A stretch of DNA of 64,000 bases from UHGV virus genome UHGV-0139776, one strand, 5' to 3'. The translations under genes were made by a program, and so were the position numbers. Source of the DNA: a virus. Within the stretch, counting starts at the first letter, position 1. Each line of letters begins with the position of its first letter. The notes under the pieces are model-generated. The model was not told the DNA's origin and searched no databases. It saw nothing but the letters and a program-made list of their open reading frames with translations. Positions 28,785 to 41,826 of this stretch are shown here, piece by piece.

Positions 28785-29682
28785 GCACTGGAAAAACATT
28801 ACTATTTATAAACTTTCTCGTGAGGCGGATCTGACCGACTTAGAAGATAAAAAGAAAATGATCCTTTTCACGCCATGCGGTAGTCAGGATATGGCTAAGT
28901 TCGGTTTTGTATCGCCATTTGGTGATAATTCCGAAGTTATCGCTATGCATGGAAATGGTTTTATCCTTGTTGAAGCAAAGCGCGAAACAAAAATTCTTCC
29001 CCCGCCGGTTATCCAGCGAGCTATTCAAGAAAAAATTGAAAAACTTGAGCAAGAACAAGCGCGTAAACTGAAGAAAACAGAGAAGGACTCCCTGAAAGAC
29101 GAAGTTCTGCATTCTCTTCTGCCACGGGCTTTTTCAAAGTTTTCTGTTATCCAGGCGATCTACGACGGTTCAACTAAACGTATCTATATCAATGCCAGCG
29201 CGCGGCAGGCAGAGGATATGCTCGCGCTTATGCGTAAGTCTCTTGGTTCTCTTCCTGTTGTTCCCCTGAGTGTTGAAAATCCCATTGAATTAACGCTGAC
29301 CGACTGGGTACGTGATGGTAGTGCTCCACAGGGATTTCAAATGGGGGATGCGGCAGAACTTAAGGCAGTGCTTGAGGATGGCGGTATTGCCCGAGTGAAA
29401 AAGCAGGATTTGGGAAGCGATGAAATTTCCACACACCTGGAAGCTGGCAAGCTCGTCACTAAGTTGGCACTCGACTGGCAGAACCGCATTAAATTTACAC
29501 TGGACCATAACTTCAGCCTTACCAGCGTCAAATTTGCGGATGAATTGCTTGAGCAGAACTCTGATATTGATAGTGAAGATGTTGCGCAGCGACTGGACGC
29601 AGATTTCTTCCTGTTAACCAGTGAAATTTCGTGCCTGGTTGATGCTCTGGTAAATGCCCTTGGTGGAGAGGCTAAGCAGTGA
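28777..29682 (+). CDS. hrdC: RdgC-like recombination-associated protein, about 301 aa
   Basis: N-terminus [16 protein letters not shown] resembles E. coli RdgC (MLWFKNLMVYRLSRE). Confidence 0.7.
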   Translation: MFKHWKNITIYKLSREADLTDLEDKKKMILFTPCGSQDMAKFGFVSPFGDNSEVIAMHGNGFILVEAKRETKILPPPVIQRAIQEKIEKLEQEQARKLKKTEKDSLKDEVLHSLLPRAFSKFSVIQAIYDGSTKRIYINASARQAEDMLALMRKSLGSLPVVPLSVENPIELTLTDWVRDGSAPQGFQMGDAAELKAVLEDGGIARVKKQDLGSDEISTHLEAGKLVTKLALDWQNRIKFTLDHNFSLTSVKFADELLEQNSDIDSEDVAQRLDADFFLLTSEISCLVDALVNALGGEAKQ

Positions 29683-31943
29683 AAGAGCTGTGCTATGGAT
29701 CTGTTTGCAGTGGAATTGAAGCCGCGAGTATTGCCTGGGAACCGTTGGGTATGCGTCCGGCGTGGTTTGCTGAAATCGAGCCTTTTCCATCTGCCGTTCT
29801 TGCGCACCGCTGGCCCCATGTCGCCAACCTTGGCGACATGACAAAACTTGCCAAAAAAGTCCTGGCTGGGGAAATCGAATCCCCTGATGTGCTCGTCGGG
29901 GGAACACCTTGTCAGGCATTCAGTATCGCGGGCTTACGTGGTGGGCTTGATGATGAACGCGGCGCGCTAACTTTGAAGTATGTGGAGCTTGCAAATGCAA
30001 TTGACGACAAACGGTCTGAGTCCTTCCTCAAACCGACAGTTATCGTCTGGGAAAATGTCCCAGGAGTCCTGTCATCGGCAGATAACGCCTTCGGATGTTT
30101 CCTTGCCGGATTGGCTGGAGAAGATGCGCCATTTGAACCAGGTGATCGACCTGAATCAGGAAAAAGTAACGCGTTCTGGCGGTGGGATGGCAAAACCGGT
30201 TGCCATGCTCCAAAGTGGCCGCAGTGTGGTTGTATTTATGGACCGCAGCGAAAGGTGGCCTGGAGAATCCTTGATGCCCAATACTTCGGAGTGGCACAAC
30301 GACGCCGACGCGTGTTTGTTGTCGCAAGTGCTCGAACAGACCTCGATCCCGCAACGGTACTTTTTGAGTTCGAAGGCGTGCGCCGGGATATTGCGCCGAG
30401 CCGAAAAAAGAAGGAAATCGCTTCCGCCATTATTGCAAATGGCGCTGCAATCAGTGGCGAAAGCCTAAATCCATGCCTACACGCTGACATTCCACCCGGT
30501 ATGAAATCGACGAAAGCCGTAAACGCTTTCAGGATGGCAGCATTTGGGGAATATATTGACGATGAAACCGCATCGACAGTAAAGGCAAGAGATTTTAAAG
30601 ATGCCACTGACCTTGCCGTTTTTAGCAGCACAGGAGCAGGTTTTTGGTCAGAAGGGCATGGTACATTGCGGGCACGTGAGCAAGAAAGCCATGAGCATCT
30701 TGTTACATTGGCTTTTCCTGAGCGTATGAGCGGTACACAACATGCTGCAACTAAGAATACTTCACCATCTCTAATGGCTAAAAATCCAACAGCTGTTTGC
30801 TATGAAGTAAGAAACGCAGAAGTAGCTGTCCGCCGTCTTACCCCTGTCGAATGTGAAAGGCTGCAAGGTTTTCCTGATGGGCATACGTTGATCCCGACGG
30901 AAAAGCGTAAAAAAGTTAATTCAGATGAACTGGCATATCTTCGCAATCACTATCCAGATTTAAGCGAAGAAGAGGCCGCGATGCTTGCAGCTGACGGACC
31001 GCGTTACAAAGCGATCGGCAATAGTATGGCAATACCAGTAATGCGCTGGATTGGCGATCGGATTACTAAGGCCGTATGTCGGCAGAAAGAAGGAAGTAAA
31101 ACAAAAGAGCGAAAAGTTAAACCAGCGGCAGAATTCGAACGGTCCATATTCAAATGGGCTGGTGGAAAATTTGGTGTTCTGGAACAAATCTTTCGCTATT
31201 TGCCAGAAGGGAAGCGCCTGATTGAACCTTTCGTTGGTGGCGGAGCTGTCTTCATGAATGCCGGATACCAGGAAAATCTGCTAAATGATGTGAATGCTGA
31301 CCTGATTAACTTTTACAAGACTCTGCAACGCGAGGCGCATTCACTTATCACTCTGGCACATCGTTTCTTCCAGGACTACAACACACAGGAAGGATACCTG
31401 GCAGTACGGAATGCGTTTAACAAACAAGTCTATGATGATTTACATCGCGCAGCGGCGTTTTTGTTCCTGAACCGACATTGTTTTAACGGATTGACGCGTT
31501 ACAACCAGGCCGGTGAGTTCAATGTCGGTTATGGGAAGTATAAAACTCCGTATTTCCCATTACAGGAGATGGAAGCCTTCCTCGGTGCGGAAGGGCGGTC
31601 TGAGTTTGTATGCGGTGATTTTGCAGTGGTGATTGAAGCTGCCGGAGAAGGAGATGTCATCTTTTGCGATCCGCCGTATGAACCGCTTCCAAATACAGAG
31701 GGATTCACGAACTATTCCGGTCATGACTTTAAGTTTGAAGAGCAAAAACGCCTGGTGTCTCTGTTGACGGATGCTCATCGTCGAGGTGCAAAGGTTCTCA
31801 TTACTAACAGTGGCGCGCCAAATATCAGAGAGCTTTATCATGACAGTGGCTTCAGAGTGGAACCTCTTTTTGCCAGACGTTCTGTGTCTTGTAAGGGGGA
31901 CACTCGAGGTGTAGCTCATGACGTTTTAGGTATATTGCTCTAA
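29679..31943 (+). CDS. dmt: bifunctional DNA methyltransferase: N-terminal C5-cytosine MTase fused to C-terminal Dam-like N6-adenine MTase, 754 aa
   Basis: C5 motifs: GGTPCQAFS (IV), ENVPGVL (VI), QRRRRVFVV (VIII); Dam motifs: KWAGGK and CDPPYEP. Confidence 0.85.
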   Translation: MKELCYGSVCSGIEAASIAWEPLGMRPAWFAEIEPFPSAVLAHRWPHVANLGDMTKLAKKVLAGEIESPDVLVGGTPCQAFSIAGLRGGLDDERGALTLKYVELANAIDDKRSESFLKPTVIVWENVPGVLSSADNAFGCFLAGLAGEDAPFEPGDRPESGKSNAFWRWDGKTGCHAPKWPQCGCIYGPQRKVAWRILDAQYFGVAQRRRRVFVVASARTDLDPATVLFEFEGVRRDIAPSRKKKEIASAIIANGAAISGESLNPCLHADIPPGMKSTKAVNAFRMAAFGEYIDDETASTVKARDFKDATDLAVFSSTGAGFWSEGHGTLRAREQESHEHLVTLAFPERMSGTQHAATKNTSPSLMAKNPTAVCYEVRNAEVAVRRLTPVECERLQGFPDGHTLIPTEKRKKVNSDELAYLRNHYPDLSEEEAAMLAADGPRYKAIGNSMAIPVMRWIGDRITKAVCRQKEGSKTKERKVKPAAEFERSIFKWAGGKFGVLEQIFRYLPEGKRLIEPFVGGGAVFMNAGYQENLLNDVNADLINFYKTLQREAHSLITLAHRFFQDYNTQEGYLAVRNAFNKQVYDDLHRAAAFLFLNRHCFNGLTRYNQAGEFNVGYGKYKTPYFPLQEMEAFLGAEGRSEFVCGDFAVVIEAAGEGDVIFCDPPYEPLPNTEGFTNYSGHDFKFEEQKRLVSLLTDAHRRGAKVLITNSGAPNIRELYHDSGFRVEPLFARRSVSCKGDTRGVAHDVLGILL

Positions 31944-31964
31944 TAAATTTATTAGTGTAATATC
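31934..31964 (+). promoter_or_regulatory. perfect C1 operator (ATTGCTCTAATAAATTT) overlapping a near-consensus promoter (TTGCTC-N17-TAATAT)
   Basis: 17/17 operator match; -35 and -10 hexamers with 17-nt spacing. Confidence 0.65.
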
Positions 31965-31970
31965 GCCTCA

Positions 31971-32151
31971 ATGAATCGTGATTTATAGAGCGATTTAGCT
32001 GTTAGCCGCGACAGGCGCGGCGGTAAGCATGGCTGGGCCTAGTCCTCCCAGACAAACCACCGAGTTGCCAGGTTGACCATGCGCCTAAGTGGCAACTCCG
32101 AAGTGCGTTACGAGCTTCCAGTTTGCCCATCTTCGGGTGGGCGTTTTTTTT
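31971..32151 (+). ncRNA. candidate small RNA or leader transcript: promoter to UUCG-tetraloop terminator with no credible ORF
   Basis: Longest ATG-initiated ORFs that stop before the terminator encode 5 and 15 aa; bounded by the promoter at 31936-31964 and the terminator at 32125-32151. Confidence 0.3.
32125..32151 (+). terminator. rho-independent terminator (7-bp stem, UUCG loop, T8 run)
   Basis: GCCCATC-TTCG-GGTGGGC followed by GTTTTTTTT. Confidence 0.75.
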
Positions 32152-32327
32152 CAGGGTTTTCGTCATGGTTAGCGACTTTGCGGCGGTTTAGAAACTGACC
32201 ATTAAAGTAAATGCAAACGATGATCTGATGATGGTAGCGGCCTAAGAAGCCAGACGCCACGGGGTATGAGTCGTCCCCCGTCAAAAAATCGACCGCAGAG
32301 TGTCCCCGTCTGTGTATTAGGGAACGG

Positions 32328-32425
32328 GGAGACACAACAGGTAAGGGCGCTGGTGTGATTAACCAGATGAACGAGAAGGGGCCATCTGTTGGTCAGCGTC
32401 CTTTCCTGTTGCGTTTTCTTTTCAG
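32328..32425 (+). repeat. long imperfect hairpin, unit 0 of the ACAACAGGTAAGGG...CCTTTCCTGTTG family
   Basis: 5-prime arm CAACAGGTAAGGGCGCTGG pairs with TCAGCGTCCTTTCCTGTTG; followed by a T-rich tract. Confidence 0.5.
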
Positions 32426-32616
32426 CGTAACAGCGGTGCTTAACAGCACTTTGGGTACAGTTCCACGAATTTACGGGTATATCCCGTCATGCTGAAAGCG
32501 CTAATCACGCTGGAAGCCAGGGTTATGCATCCCCTGTTACCGAATTGCAGCCAGGGCGCGGTGCGCCGAAAAGCATACGGAGGTGGAAGCCCTCGCCGGA
32601 GACGTGCCCGGCAAGT

Positions 32617-32692
32617 GATGGTGTAGCTCAGCGGTTAGAGCGGTTGACTGTTAATCAACGGGTCGATGGTTCAAATCCATCCACCATCGCCA
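32617..32692 (+). tRNA. tRNA-Asn (anticodon GUU)
   Basis: Cloverleaf: acceptor GATGGTG/CACCATC, anticodon loop CUGUUAA, T-arm GGTTCAAATCC, encoded CCA. Confidence 0.85.
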
Positions 32693-32694
32693 AT

Positions 32695-32770
32695 GCCGGT
32701 TTAGCTCAGTTGGTAGAGCGCCTGCCTTGTAAGCAGGATGTCAGCGGTTCGAGTCCGTTAATCGGCACCA
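32695..32770 (+). tRNA. tRNA-Thr (anticodon UGU)
   Basis: Acceptor GCCGGTT/AATCGGC, anticodon loop CUUGUAA, T-arm GGTTCGAGTCC, encoded CCA. Confidence 0.85.
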
Positions 32771-33575
32771 GCACAACAGGTAAGGGTATTTTGCGACGTC
32801 GGAGATCGCCGAGCTTGGCAGAGGGTTCGAATCCCTACGAAGTACCCTTACCGTTGTGATGAATGCGCAGGCTGATGCGCGAAAGACATTGCAGCTATTG
32901 CGGAAAAGAGCTGTTCGGCGGGGCAATTAAACGCCCGTGAGAGTCTGAAATAACCGCAAGCCGGAGATCAGCACCGGTCATCACAACACAACAGGTAAGG
33001 GCATTCTCCCTTATGGGGCTTGGCTTAAATGCATCGAGTGCTCTTACCGTTGTGATGAAGTGCAGCTCTTTGAAGCAACCAGAAGATAAGCATCTGGCTT
33101 CACAACATAAACCGCAGGAACGACCAATAAACGGTAGTCCGTATGGAGAACACCCCGTTGAGGAAGAGGCCTGGCCGGAACCGTAACCGGCACTACAACG
33201 TTGAGAACACTGGCGTAACGGGGTCATATCCCAATCTACGAATAAATGTTGCGTTGCAGCGTGACAACCAGTGTTCTCAACATTGTGGTGAATGCACAGG
33301 CTGATGTGCCGCAACTACAGTAGTGCGCGCTTTGCGGGGCTTGCTACAACCCTGTGTCGGAGTTCAGCACCGACCATCACAGTTTGATTCTCTGGCATGA
33401 GCATAACGCTGAAATAAGTCCAGTCTGGTGCGGCCCGATCACCCGCCGTTAGCTCCACGAAACGGAGCACGTAACAGGTAAGAGCATTCTCCTGTAACGG
33501 GTTCATATCCCAATCTACAGGTCCACCAGGAATGCTCTTTCCGTTGCGGTGAATGCGGCTAAGCGCACGCGGAAC
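32771..33575 (+). repeat. array of four structured hairpin units (about 32776-32880, 32990-33066, 33194-33312, 33470-33572), each a long stem plus GTTGTGATGAATGC-type tail and short hairpin
   Basis: Conserved stem bases ACAACAGGTAAGRG / CTTACCGTTGTG, variable interiors, compensatory changes in the 3-prime mini-hairpin (GCGCA..TGCGC versus GCACA..TGTGC); unit 1 contains a T-arm-like GGGTTCGAATCCC. Confidence 0.5.
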
Positions 33576-33697
33576 AGTTAAAACAATCCTCCTTAATGGT
33601 TAAACATTCCGACGTTAATTGTTAACTGGTTAACGTCACCGGGAGGCACTCGGCACCGCAATCTAATAAATATGTCACTTTTATTGAGGGATAACCA

Positions 33698-34132
33698 ATG
33701 TTCGGTAAATTGTTCGGCAAGAAAGTCGCTTCTGCAAAAGTAGAGCTGAAAAAAGTTGAGAATCGCGATCTGATGGAGGCCATCATCGGTGGCTGTTTGT
33801 TGGTGTCTGCCGCTGATGGTGAAATCGAAAAAGAAGAAACAGCGAAACTTGATCAGCTTGTCCGCTCTAATCCGCGTCTTAGTCATTTTGGTAACGAAAT
33901 TACTGCAACAATTACCCGCTTTACCGAGCAACTGGAAGCTGGCTTCCGTGTTGGTCGCATGAATATCCTTCGCGAAATTGAAGATATCAAAAACGATCCA
34001 AAAGAAGCGGAAGAAGTATTCGTTAACATGCTGACAATTGCAGAAGCGGACGGTGAAATCGAGCCAGCAGAACACAAAGTACTGGAAGAAGTAGGCCGTC
34101 GTTTAGGTCTTCGTGTGGAAGATTATCTGTAA
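33698..34132 (+). CDS. tciA: TerB-like protein, 144 aa
   Basis: TerB-like duplicated motif (AADGEIEKEE ... AEADGEIEPAE). Confidence 0.65.
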   Translation: MFGKLFGKKVASAKVELKKVENRDLMEAIIGGCLLVSAADGEIEKEETAKLDQLVRSNPRLSHFGNEITATITRFTEQLEAGFRVGRMNILREIEDIKNDPKEAEEVFVNMLTIAEADGEIEPAEHKVLEEVGRRLGLRVEDYL

Positions 34133-34296
34133 TGGCAAGCAAGGCACGTATCGCAATCGCCATTGGTTTTCTCTTGCTGTCCGTGCTGGTGGATTTCACC
34201 AGCACAATCCTGTCAGTTTTATCGGACGGGGCGTTGGTGGCAGTAGCTGTAACATTGGTATGGCCGATATTAAAAACAGCTTCTAAGGATCAGTGA
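34132..34296 (+). CDS. small membrane protein, 54 aa
   Basis: ATG overlaps the tciA stop; hydrophobic. Confidence 0.4.
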   Translation: MASKARIAIAIGFLLLSVLVDFTSTILSVLSDGALVAVAVTLVWPILKTASKDQ

Positions 34297-34403
34297 TGGG
34301 CTTCTGGGATTTTGCTGACAAGCATCCAATTGTTCTCGTTGTCATTGCTGGCATAGTTGTAGGCGGTATTGCTGGCGTCATAGAAGCACTCAGGAAACAG
34401 TAA
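34296..34403 (+). CDS. small membrane protein, 35 aa
   Basis: Start overlaps the upstream stop; single TM segment IVLVVIAGIVVGGIAGVI. Confidence 0.35.
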   Translation: MGFWDFADKHPIVLVVIAGIVVGGIAGVIEALRKQ

Positions 34404-34406
34404 TCC

Positions 34407-34482
34407 GGCCCTTTAGCTCAGTGGTTAGAGCTGGCGACTCATAATCGCACGGTCACCGGTTCAAGTCCGGTAGGGGCCACCA
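34407..34482 (+). tRNA. tRNA with CAU anticodon (Met or lysidine-modified Ile)
   Basis: Acceptor GGCCCTT/AGGGGCC, anticodon loop CUCAUAA, T-arm GGTTCAAGTCC, encoded CCA. Confidence 0.8.
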
Positions 34483-34762
34483 TATTTGGTTGTAACACGG
34501 CGTCTGGCACATGCGTCGTTAGCGGTCTGGTGACGTTAAAAGGGGGGAACCTTGCCCCTAGCTCAGGCAACGAACCAGGTAGCCGGAATGTGCAAGCCAC
34601 CGTTTGTTGTTTCTCGGGTAAAGGGATTCACCATCCTGGCGATTCGGTGTGACAGCCGGGAAGAGTCCGGCGCATTAATCCTGATTTTCTGGTGATGACT
34701 CATATCGTTAGGAGTGATTTGAGTATGCCGATTATATCTGACATTCAGCACGCCTGGGTGGA

Positions 34763-36133
34763 GTGCTAATGTCTGCATCCCCTCTTGAATCCATGCCAAA
34801 TTCCCTTAGTGCAGAACAAGCTGTACTTGGTGGCTTAATGCTTGATAACTGCCGCTGGGATGAAGTTGCAGATCGTATAGTTGCTGATGATTTTTATACC
34901 AGTGCTCATCGTGAAATTTTCAGTGAGATGGAGAGGTTATTAAGTCATGGCAAACCGATTGATTTGATAACACTTGCTGAAGCACTTGAACAGAACGGTA
35001 AATTAGAACGCGCCGGTGGTTTTGCGTACCTTGCGGAGATGTCAAAGAACACGCCCAGCGCGGCAAATATTTGTGCTTATGCGGATATCGTTCGTGAACG
35101 CGCGGTCGTTCGTGAAATGATTTCCGTCGCAAATGAAATAGCCGAAGCTGGATATGCGCAGGATGGCAGGGGCAGCAATGAATTGCTGGATATGGCCGAG
35201 CGCCGCGTTTTTGAAATAGCTGAAAAACGACAAAAGAGCGGTAGTGGTCCAAAAGATATCGCCAGCATTCTCGATGCAACGGTATCTCGCATAGAAGAGT
35301 TGTTTCAGCGACCACATGATGGTGTAACGGGGCTTGATACGGGATTTACCGATCTCAATAAGAAGACGGCAGGGCTTCAGCCGTCCGATCTCATCATTGT
35401 CGCCGCCCGCCCATCTATGGGGAAGACCACGTTTGCGATGAATCTCGTCGAAAATGCCGCAGTCCGTAACTATAAGCCCGTATTGGTTTTTAGCCTTGAG
35501 ATGCCGAGCCACCAGCTGATGATGCGCTCACTGGCTTCTCTTGCACGCGTTGATCAGACTCGTATTCGAACAGGGCAACTTAACGACGAGGATTGGGCGC
35601 GGGTTTCTGGCGCAATGGGGATTCTGTTGGACAAGCAAAATATTTTTATTGATGACTCAAGCGCCCTGACACCTACAGAGCTTCGTTCCCGCGCTCGTCG
35701 TGTTTATAAAGAAAATGGTGGTTTGAGCATGATTATGATCGACTACCTGCAACTTATGCGCGTCCCCGAGCTGCAAGATAACCGAACGCTGGAAATTGCC
35801 GAGATTTCTCGCTCACTGAAGGCTTTGGCGAAGGAATTACAAGTACCGGTGGTGGCATTGTCACAACTTAATCGTTCACTTGAACAGCGTGCGGACAAAC
35901 GACCGGTAAATTCAGATTTACGTGAATCAGGAGCAATTGAGCAGGACGCAGACCTGATCATGTTTCTGTATCGCGACGAAGTTTATCACCCGGATAGCGA
36001 AATGAAGGGCATTGCCGAGGTGATTATCGGTAAGCAACGAAATGGCCCAATTGGCACGGTGAGATTGGCTTTTAACGGCCAATACTCACGGTTTGATAAC
36101 TATGCTGGTGCTGACTGGCAAGAGGATTATTGA
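34763..36133 (+). CDS. ban: DnaB-family replicative helicase, 456 aa
   Basis: Walker A ARPSMGKTTFA; DnaB N-terminal and RecA-like C-terminal motif order. Confidence 0.9.
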   Translation: MLMSASPLESMPNSLSAEQAVLGGLMLDNCRWDEVADRIVADDFYTSAHREIFSEMERLLSHGKPIDLITLAEALEQNGKLERAGGFAYLAEMSKNTPSAANICAYADIVRERAVVREMISVANEIAEAGYAQDGRGSNELLDMAERRVFEIAEKRQKSGSGPKDIASILDATVSRIEELFQRPHDGVTGLDTGFTDLNKKTAGLQPSDLIIVAARPSMGKTTFAMNLVENAAVRNYKPVLVFSLEMPSHQLMMRSLASLARVDQTRIRTGQLNDEDWARVSGAMGILLDKQNIFIDDSSALTPTELRSRARRVYKENGGLSMIMIDYLQLMRVPELQDNRTLEIAEISRSLKALAKELQVPVVALSQLNRSLEQRADKRPVNSDLRESGAIEQDADLIMFLYRDEVYHPDSEMKGIAEVIIGKQRNGPIGTVRLAFNGQYSRFDNYAGADWQEDY

Positions 36134-36435
36134 TGCAACGGAAACTAACTAAGCGTAATAAAAATTGGTTGAGCGACATGCTGAAAAAAGCCAATCGCAA
36201 CCATATGTACCTCAACGACTGGCTATCAATTAAAGGTAATCTCAGTGATGCAAAAATGATCGACAGACATGTTGCGCGCTATGGTGTTTCACTTGTCTTA
36301 GAAAAGGCTGAATTAGTATTTTCGGAATATTATTCCATTCCGCAAATTAGCTCCAAAGGAAAAATATGTGGCTATGTGCTCAAACATAAAAGCAAGCTGG
36401 ATGAGCTTTTAGTCAGGGAAAAGGAGACGCAATGA
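36130..36435 (+). CDS. hypothetical protein downstream of ban, 101 aa
   Basis: Translationally coupled ORF. Confidence 0.45.
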   Translation: MMQRKLTKRNKNWLSDMLKKANRNHMYLNDWLSIKGNLSDAKMIDRHVARYGVSLVLEKAELVFSEYYSIPQISSKGKICGYVLKHKSKLDELLVREKETQ

Positions 36436-37406
36436 ACATCCTGATCATTGGGCGAAAATTTGAAGCTATCAGTGATGTGAAAACATATACGGAAATGTGG
36501 GCTTACAACCTGGCCTGCGCCTTTAGTGAGGCTGGGGTAACATTGCAATACCATCGTCCATATTCCCCTGGCGTCGAAAGCCCCGAGGATTATGTTGAAG
36601 CTGTGTTGACTGCTGCGACAGCATGTTCTGCGAAGGCCATTTTGGCACCAGGATTGAGGTATTTTACTACGGTACCCAGGGAAATAGGCATGCAACTGTG
36701 TCGCCGATTCTCTGGATGGGTAGCCCAGGTATATGACGGTTCTATGCTGGATTCGGCACCAGTCGATATTACTTTTACTGTCCGCGATGATACCTGGCGG
36801 TACCTGGATAATCCCGGTCGGTTAGAACGTCATAATCGCTTTAACAAACATGTTGGATGGGCAGCGAATCAGGAGCTGTTCCATCTGGAAACCAAAACGG
36901 ACGATGTTCTGCGTATTTTTGTAGACCACGCTGCATTTGATGTTAGTGGTTTTGATCACTCCTTAAGTATCCTTATGAACCTTCAGCGTCTGACCGTTCC
37001 GTATGAGGCCAGAACGTTGACTGATGACGGATTGGTTACCATTGATCCGGGGAATATTTCGGTAACTCCATACAGGCGGACGCCGGTGCCAGCAACCGAA
37101 TTTGCAGCTGAATTGCGTAAGAGTGACGTTTTTATCGTTACGCATCCCGAAAGCCTTGGATTAACTGTACTTGAGGCGGCAATGTGCGGGGCGTTGGTAT
37201 TAACGCCTCCCGATTGCCTTCCGCCAGATCGCCTGGCTTTGGTGAACCATATGGTTATCAAGTCGCGGATTGATTGGGATGAGGTTATTGCTCGCGTTGA
37301 TCGCGTGAAAAATGCTGAAAAGGTCCAGTGTCACACCTGGTCGGCAATTGCGGAAAAGATGCTTGAGACGTTTATCACGCAGAAACCGTCGTGCGGTAAC
37401 GGATAA
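36432..37406 (+). CDS. GT-B-fold glycosyltransferase-like protein, 324 aa
   Basis: C-terminal HPESLGLTVLEAAMCGALVL resembles the EX7E motif of GT1/GT4 enzymes. Confidence 0.5.
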   Translation: MNILIIGRKFEAISDVKTYTEMWAYNLACAFSEAGVTLQYHRPYSPGVESPEDYVEAVLTAATACSAKAILAPGLRYFTTVPREIGMQLCRRFSGWVAQVYDGSMLDSAPVDITFTVRDDTWRYLDNPGRLERHNRFNKHVGWAANQELFHLETKTDDVLRIFVDHAAFDVSGFDHSLSILMNLQRLTVPYEARTLTDDGLVTIDPGNISVTPYRRTPVPATEFAAELRKSDVFIVTHPESLGLTVLEAAMCGALVLTPPDCLPPDRLALVNHMVIKSRIDWDEVIARVDRVKNAEKVQCHTWSAIAEKMLETFITQKPSCGNG

Positions 37407-37424
37407 AAAATTGAACCCGTCATA

Positions 37425-37452
37425 ACAGAAAAGCCCGAACGCCGGGCTTTTC
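37425..37452. terminator. bidirectional rho-independent terminator between convergent operons
   Basis: Stem AGCCCG/CGGGCT flanked by A-run and T-run. Confidence 0.6.
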
Positions 37453-40599
<3,147 letters not shown>

Positions 40600-41817
40600 T
40601 TATCCTTTCCGTTTACGGGCTTCGTTAATTTGTGTCTCAAGAATGCTTCGCGCCTGCGCAGTGGCAGCGGCCTTGTCCATTCCCTGACTCATGAAAAACT
40701 TTATGAGGTTGTTCGCCTGCGTTTGCAGGGCTTTTTTGAGAGCGTCGGCTTCAGCGCGAGCCTGGGCTTCCCTCACCCGCGATGCTTTTAGTTCGGCATT
40801 CTTCCTGTTTGCCGTGGTGCGAGCTTTTTTTAACAACCGGCGAACGTTGTCCGTGGCGCTATCTTTTGCGCGTAGTTTTTTGCCTAATGCATCCTGAGAT
40901 TTCAGATACAGCTCATACTCACGCGCAGCTTTAGCCTGATCCGTCGTTGTTGTCCGGTTGCGCGCGAGCGATTTAGCCAGTTCGCCTTTGAAATAGGTTG
41001 TTGTCTTCCGCTTGTCATCGCCGAAGGCTACCTGTTCAGCTGCTTTTTCCAGGGCAATAATGATGGCCTTGTGCCATGTGGGAGACTGAAAACGCGTCAT
41101 AGCGTGCAACACATGTTTGCAGGCTACACCAGTCAGATCAGGGTTGCGGATCTTGGGGAAGGCATACTCTTTTGGCGGCGCGACAGCATAGTTACCAGCA
41201 GTGGCCATATAACGATACCAGTATTGATGGCGTCCACAATCACAGTCGAAAGATACCCGGCCCTTGCAGAGATCGGCAGCGATTCGGGCTTTTTTCGCAC
41301 CGTCTTCAGCAATATCCTCAACGGCTTTATCCCATTCCTCAAATCGAATTCTGACACGGTGATGCTGGTGGACCGACTCATCTGAGGCATTAACAGATAT
41401 CAATGCAAGGTTGTGTTTTAGCCCGAGGAATGTCGCGGCTTTGATCCCTGTGCCATCAGAAACTTTGTTGTTAGCGCGTTTTATATCAATGCTGGTGGAC
41501 TGCGCCACCAACTGAGCATAGGTAATGCCGGGTACCGTGCTCTTGAATTTTGTTTTATGAGCCTGCCTTGAGGTGTTGAAGCTGCGTATATCTTCGGGCG
41601 TAAAGTAGGTGCCATCTTTCTTTTTCCCAAGGCTGAGGAATGCCTCAAGTTCGCGGTTACGCATCCCCATAATCCTTGGGGTGAGTGTACGTCGCGCGTT
41701 TCGCCGATTCTGACGCTGCTGTTTACGGATAAGATCGAAGACCTTGTTAAAGTCTTTTGCACTTAATCCATCAGTCTGATAGCGACCAAGGTTGTCGCGA
41801 GCATATTCAGTTGGCAT
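40600..41817 (-). CDS. hypothetical protein with a SWIM-like Cys/His cluster (CDCGRHQYWYRY...CKHVLH), 405 aa
   Basis: Cys/His spacing; basic coiled-coil C-terminus. Confidence 0.35.
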   Translation of the reverse strand: MPTEYARDNLGRYQTDGLSAKDFNKVFDLIRKQQRQNRRNARRTLTPRIMGMRNRELEAFLSLGKKKDGTYFTPEDIRSFNTSRQAHKTKFKSTVPGITYAQLVAQSTSIDIKRANNKVSDGTGIKAATFLGLKHNLALISVNASDESVHQHHRVRIRFEEWDKAVEDIAEDGAKKARIAADLCKGRVSFDCDCGRHQYWYRYMATAGNYAVAPPKEYAFPKIRNPDLTGVACKHVLHAMTRFQSPTWHKAIIIALEKAAEQVAFGDDKRKTTTYFKGELAKSLARNRTTTTDQAKAAREYELYLKSQDALGKKLRAKDSATDNVRRLLKKARTTANRKNAELKASRVREAQARAEADALKKALQTQANNLIKFFMSQGMDKAAATAQARSILETQINEARKRKG

Positions 41818-41826
41818 TCATTTCCC

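Noticed and set aside
32545-33506. ORF-track entries 32545..32859 (+), 32741..32926 (-), 32895..33314 (-) and 33315..33506 (-)
   Set aside because: They overlap the two tRNA genes and the structured hairpin units, are Cys/Arg-rich and have no ribosome-binding sites. They are most likely read-through of RNA elements, not genes.
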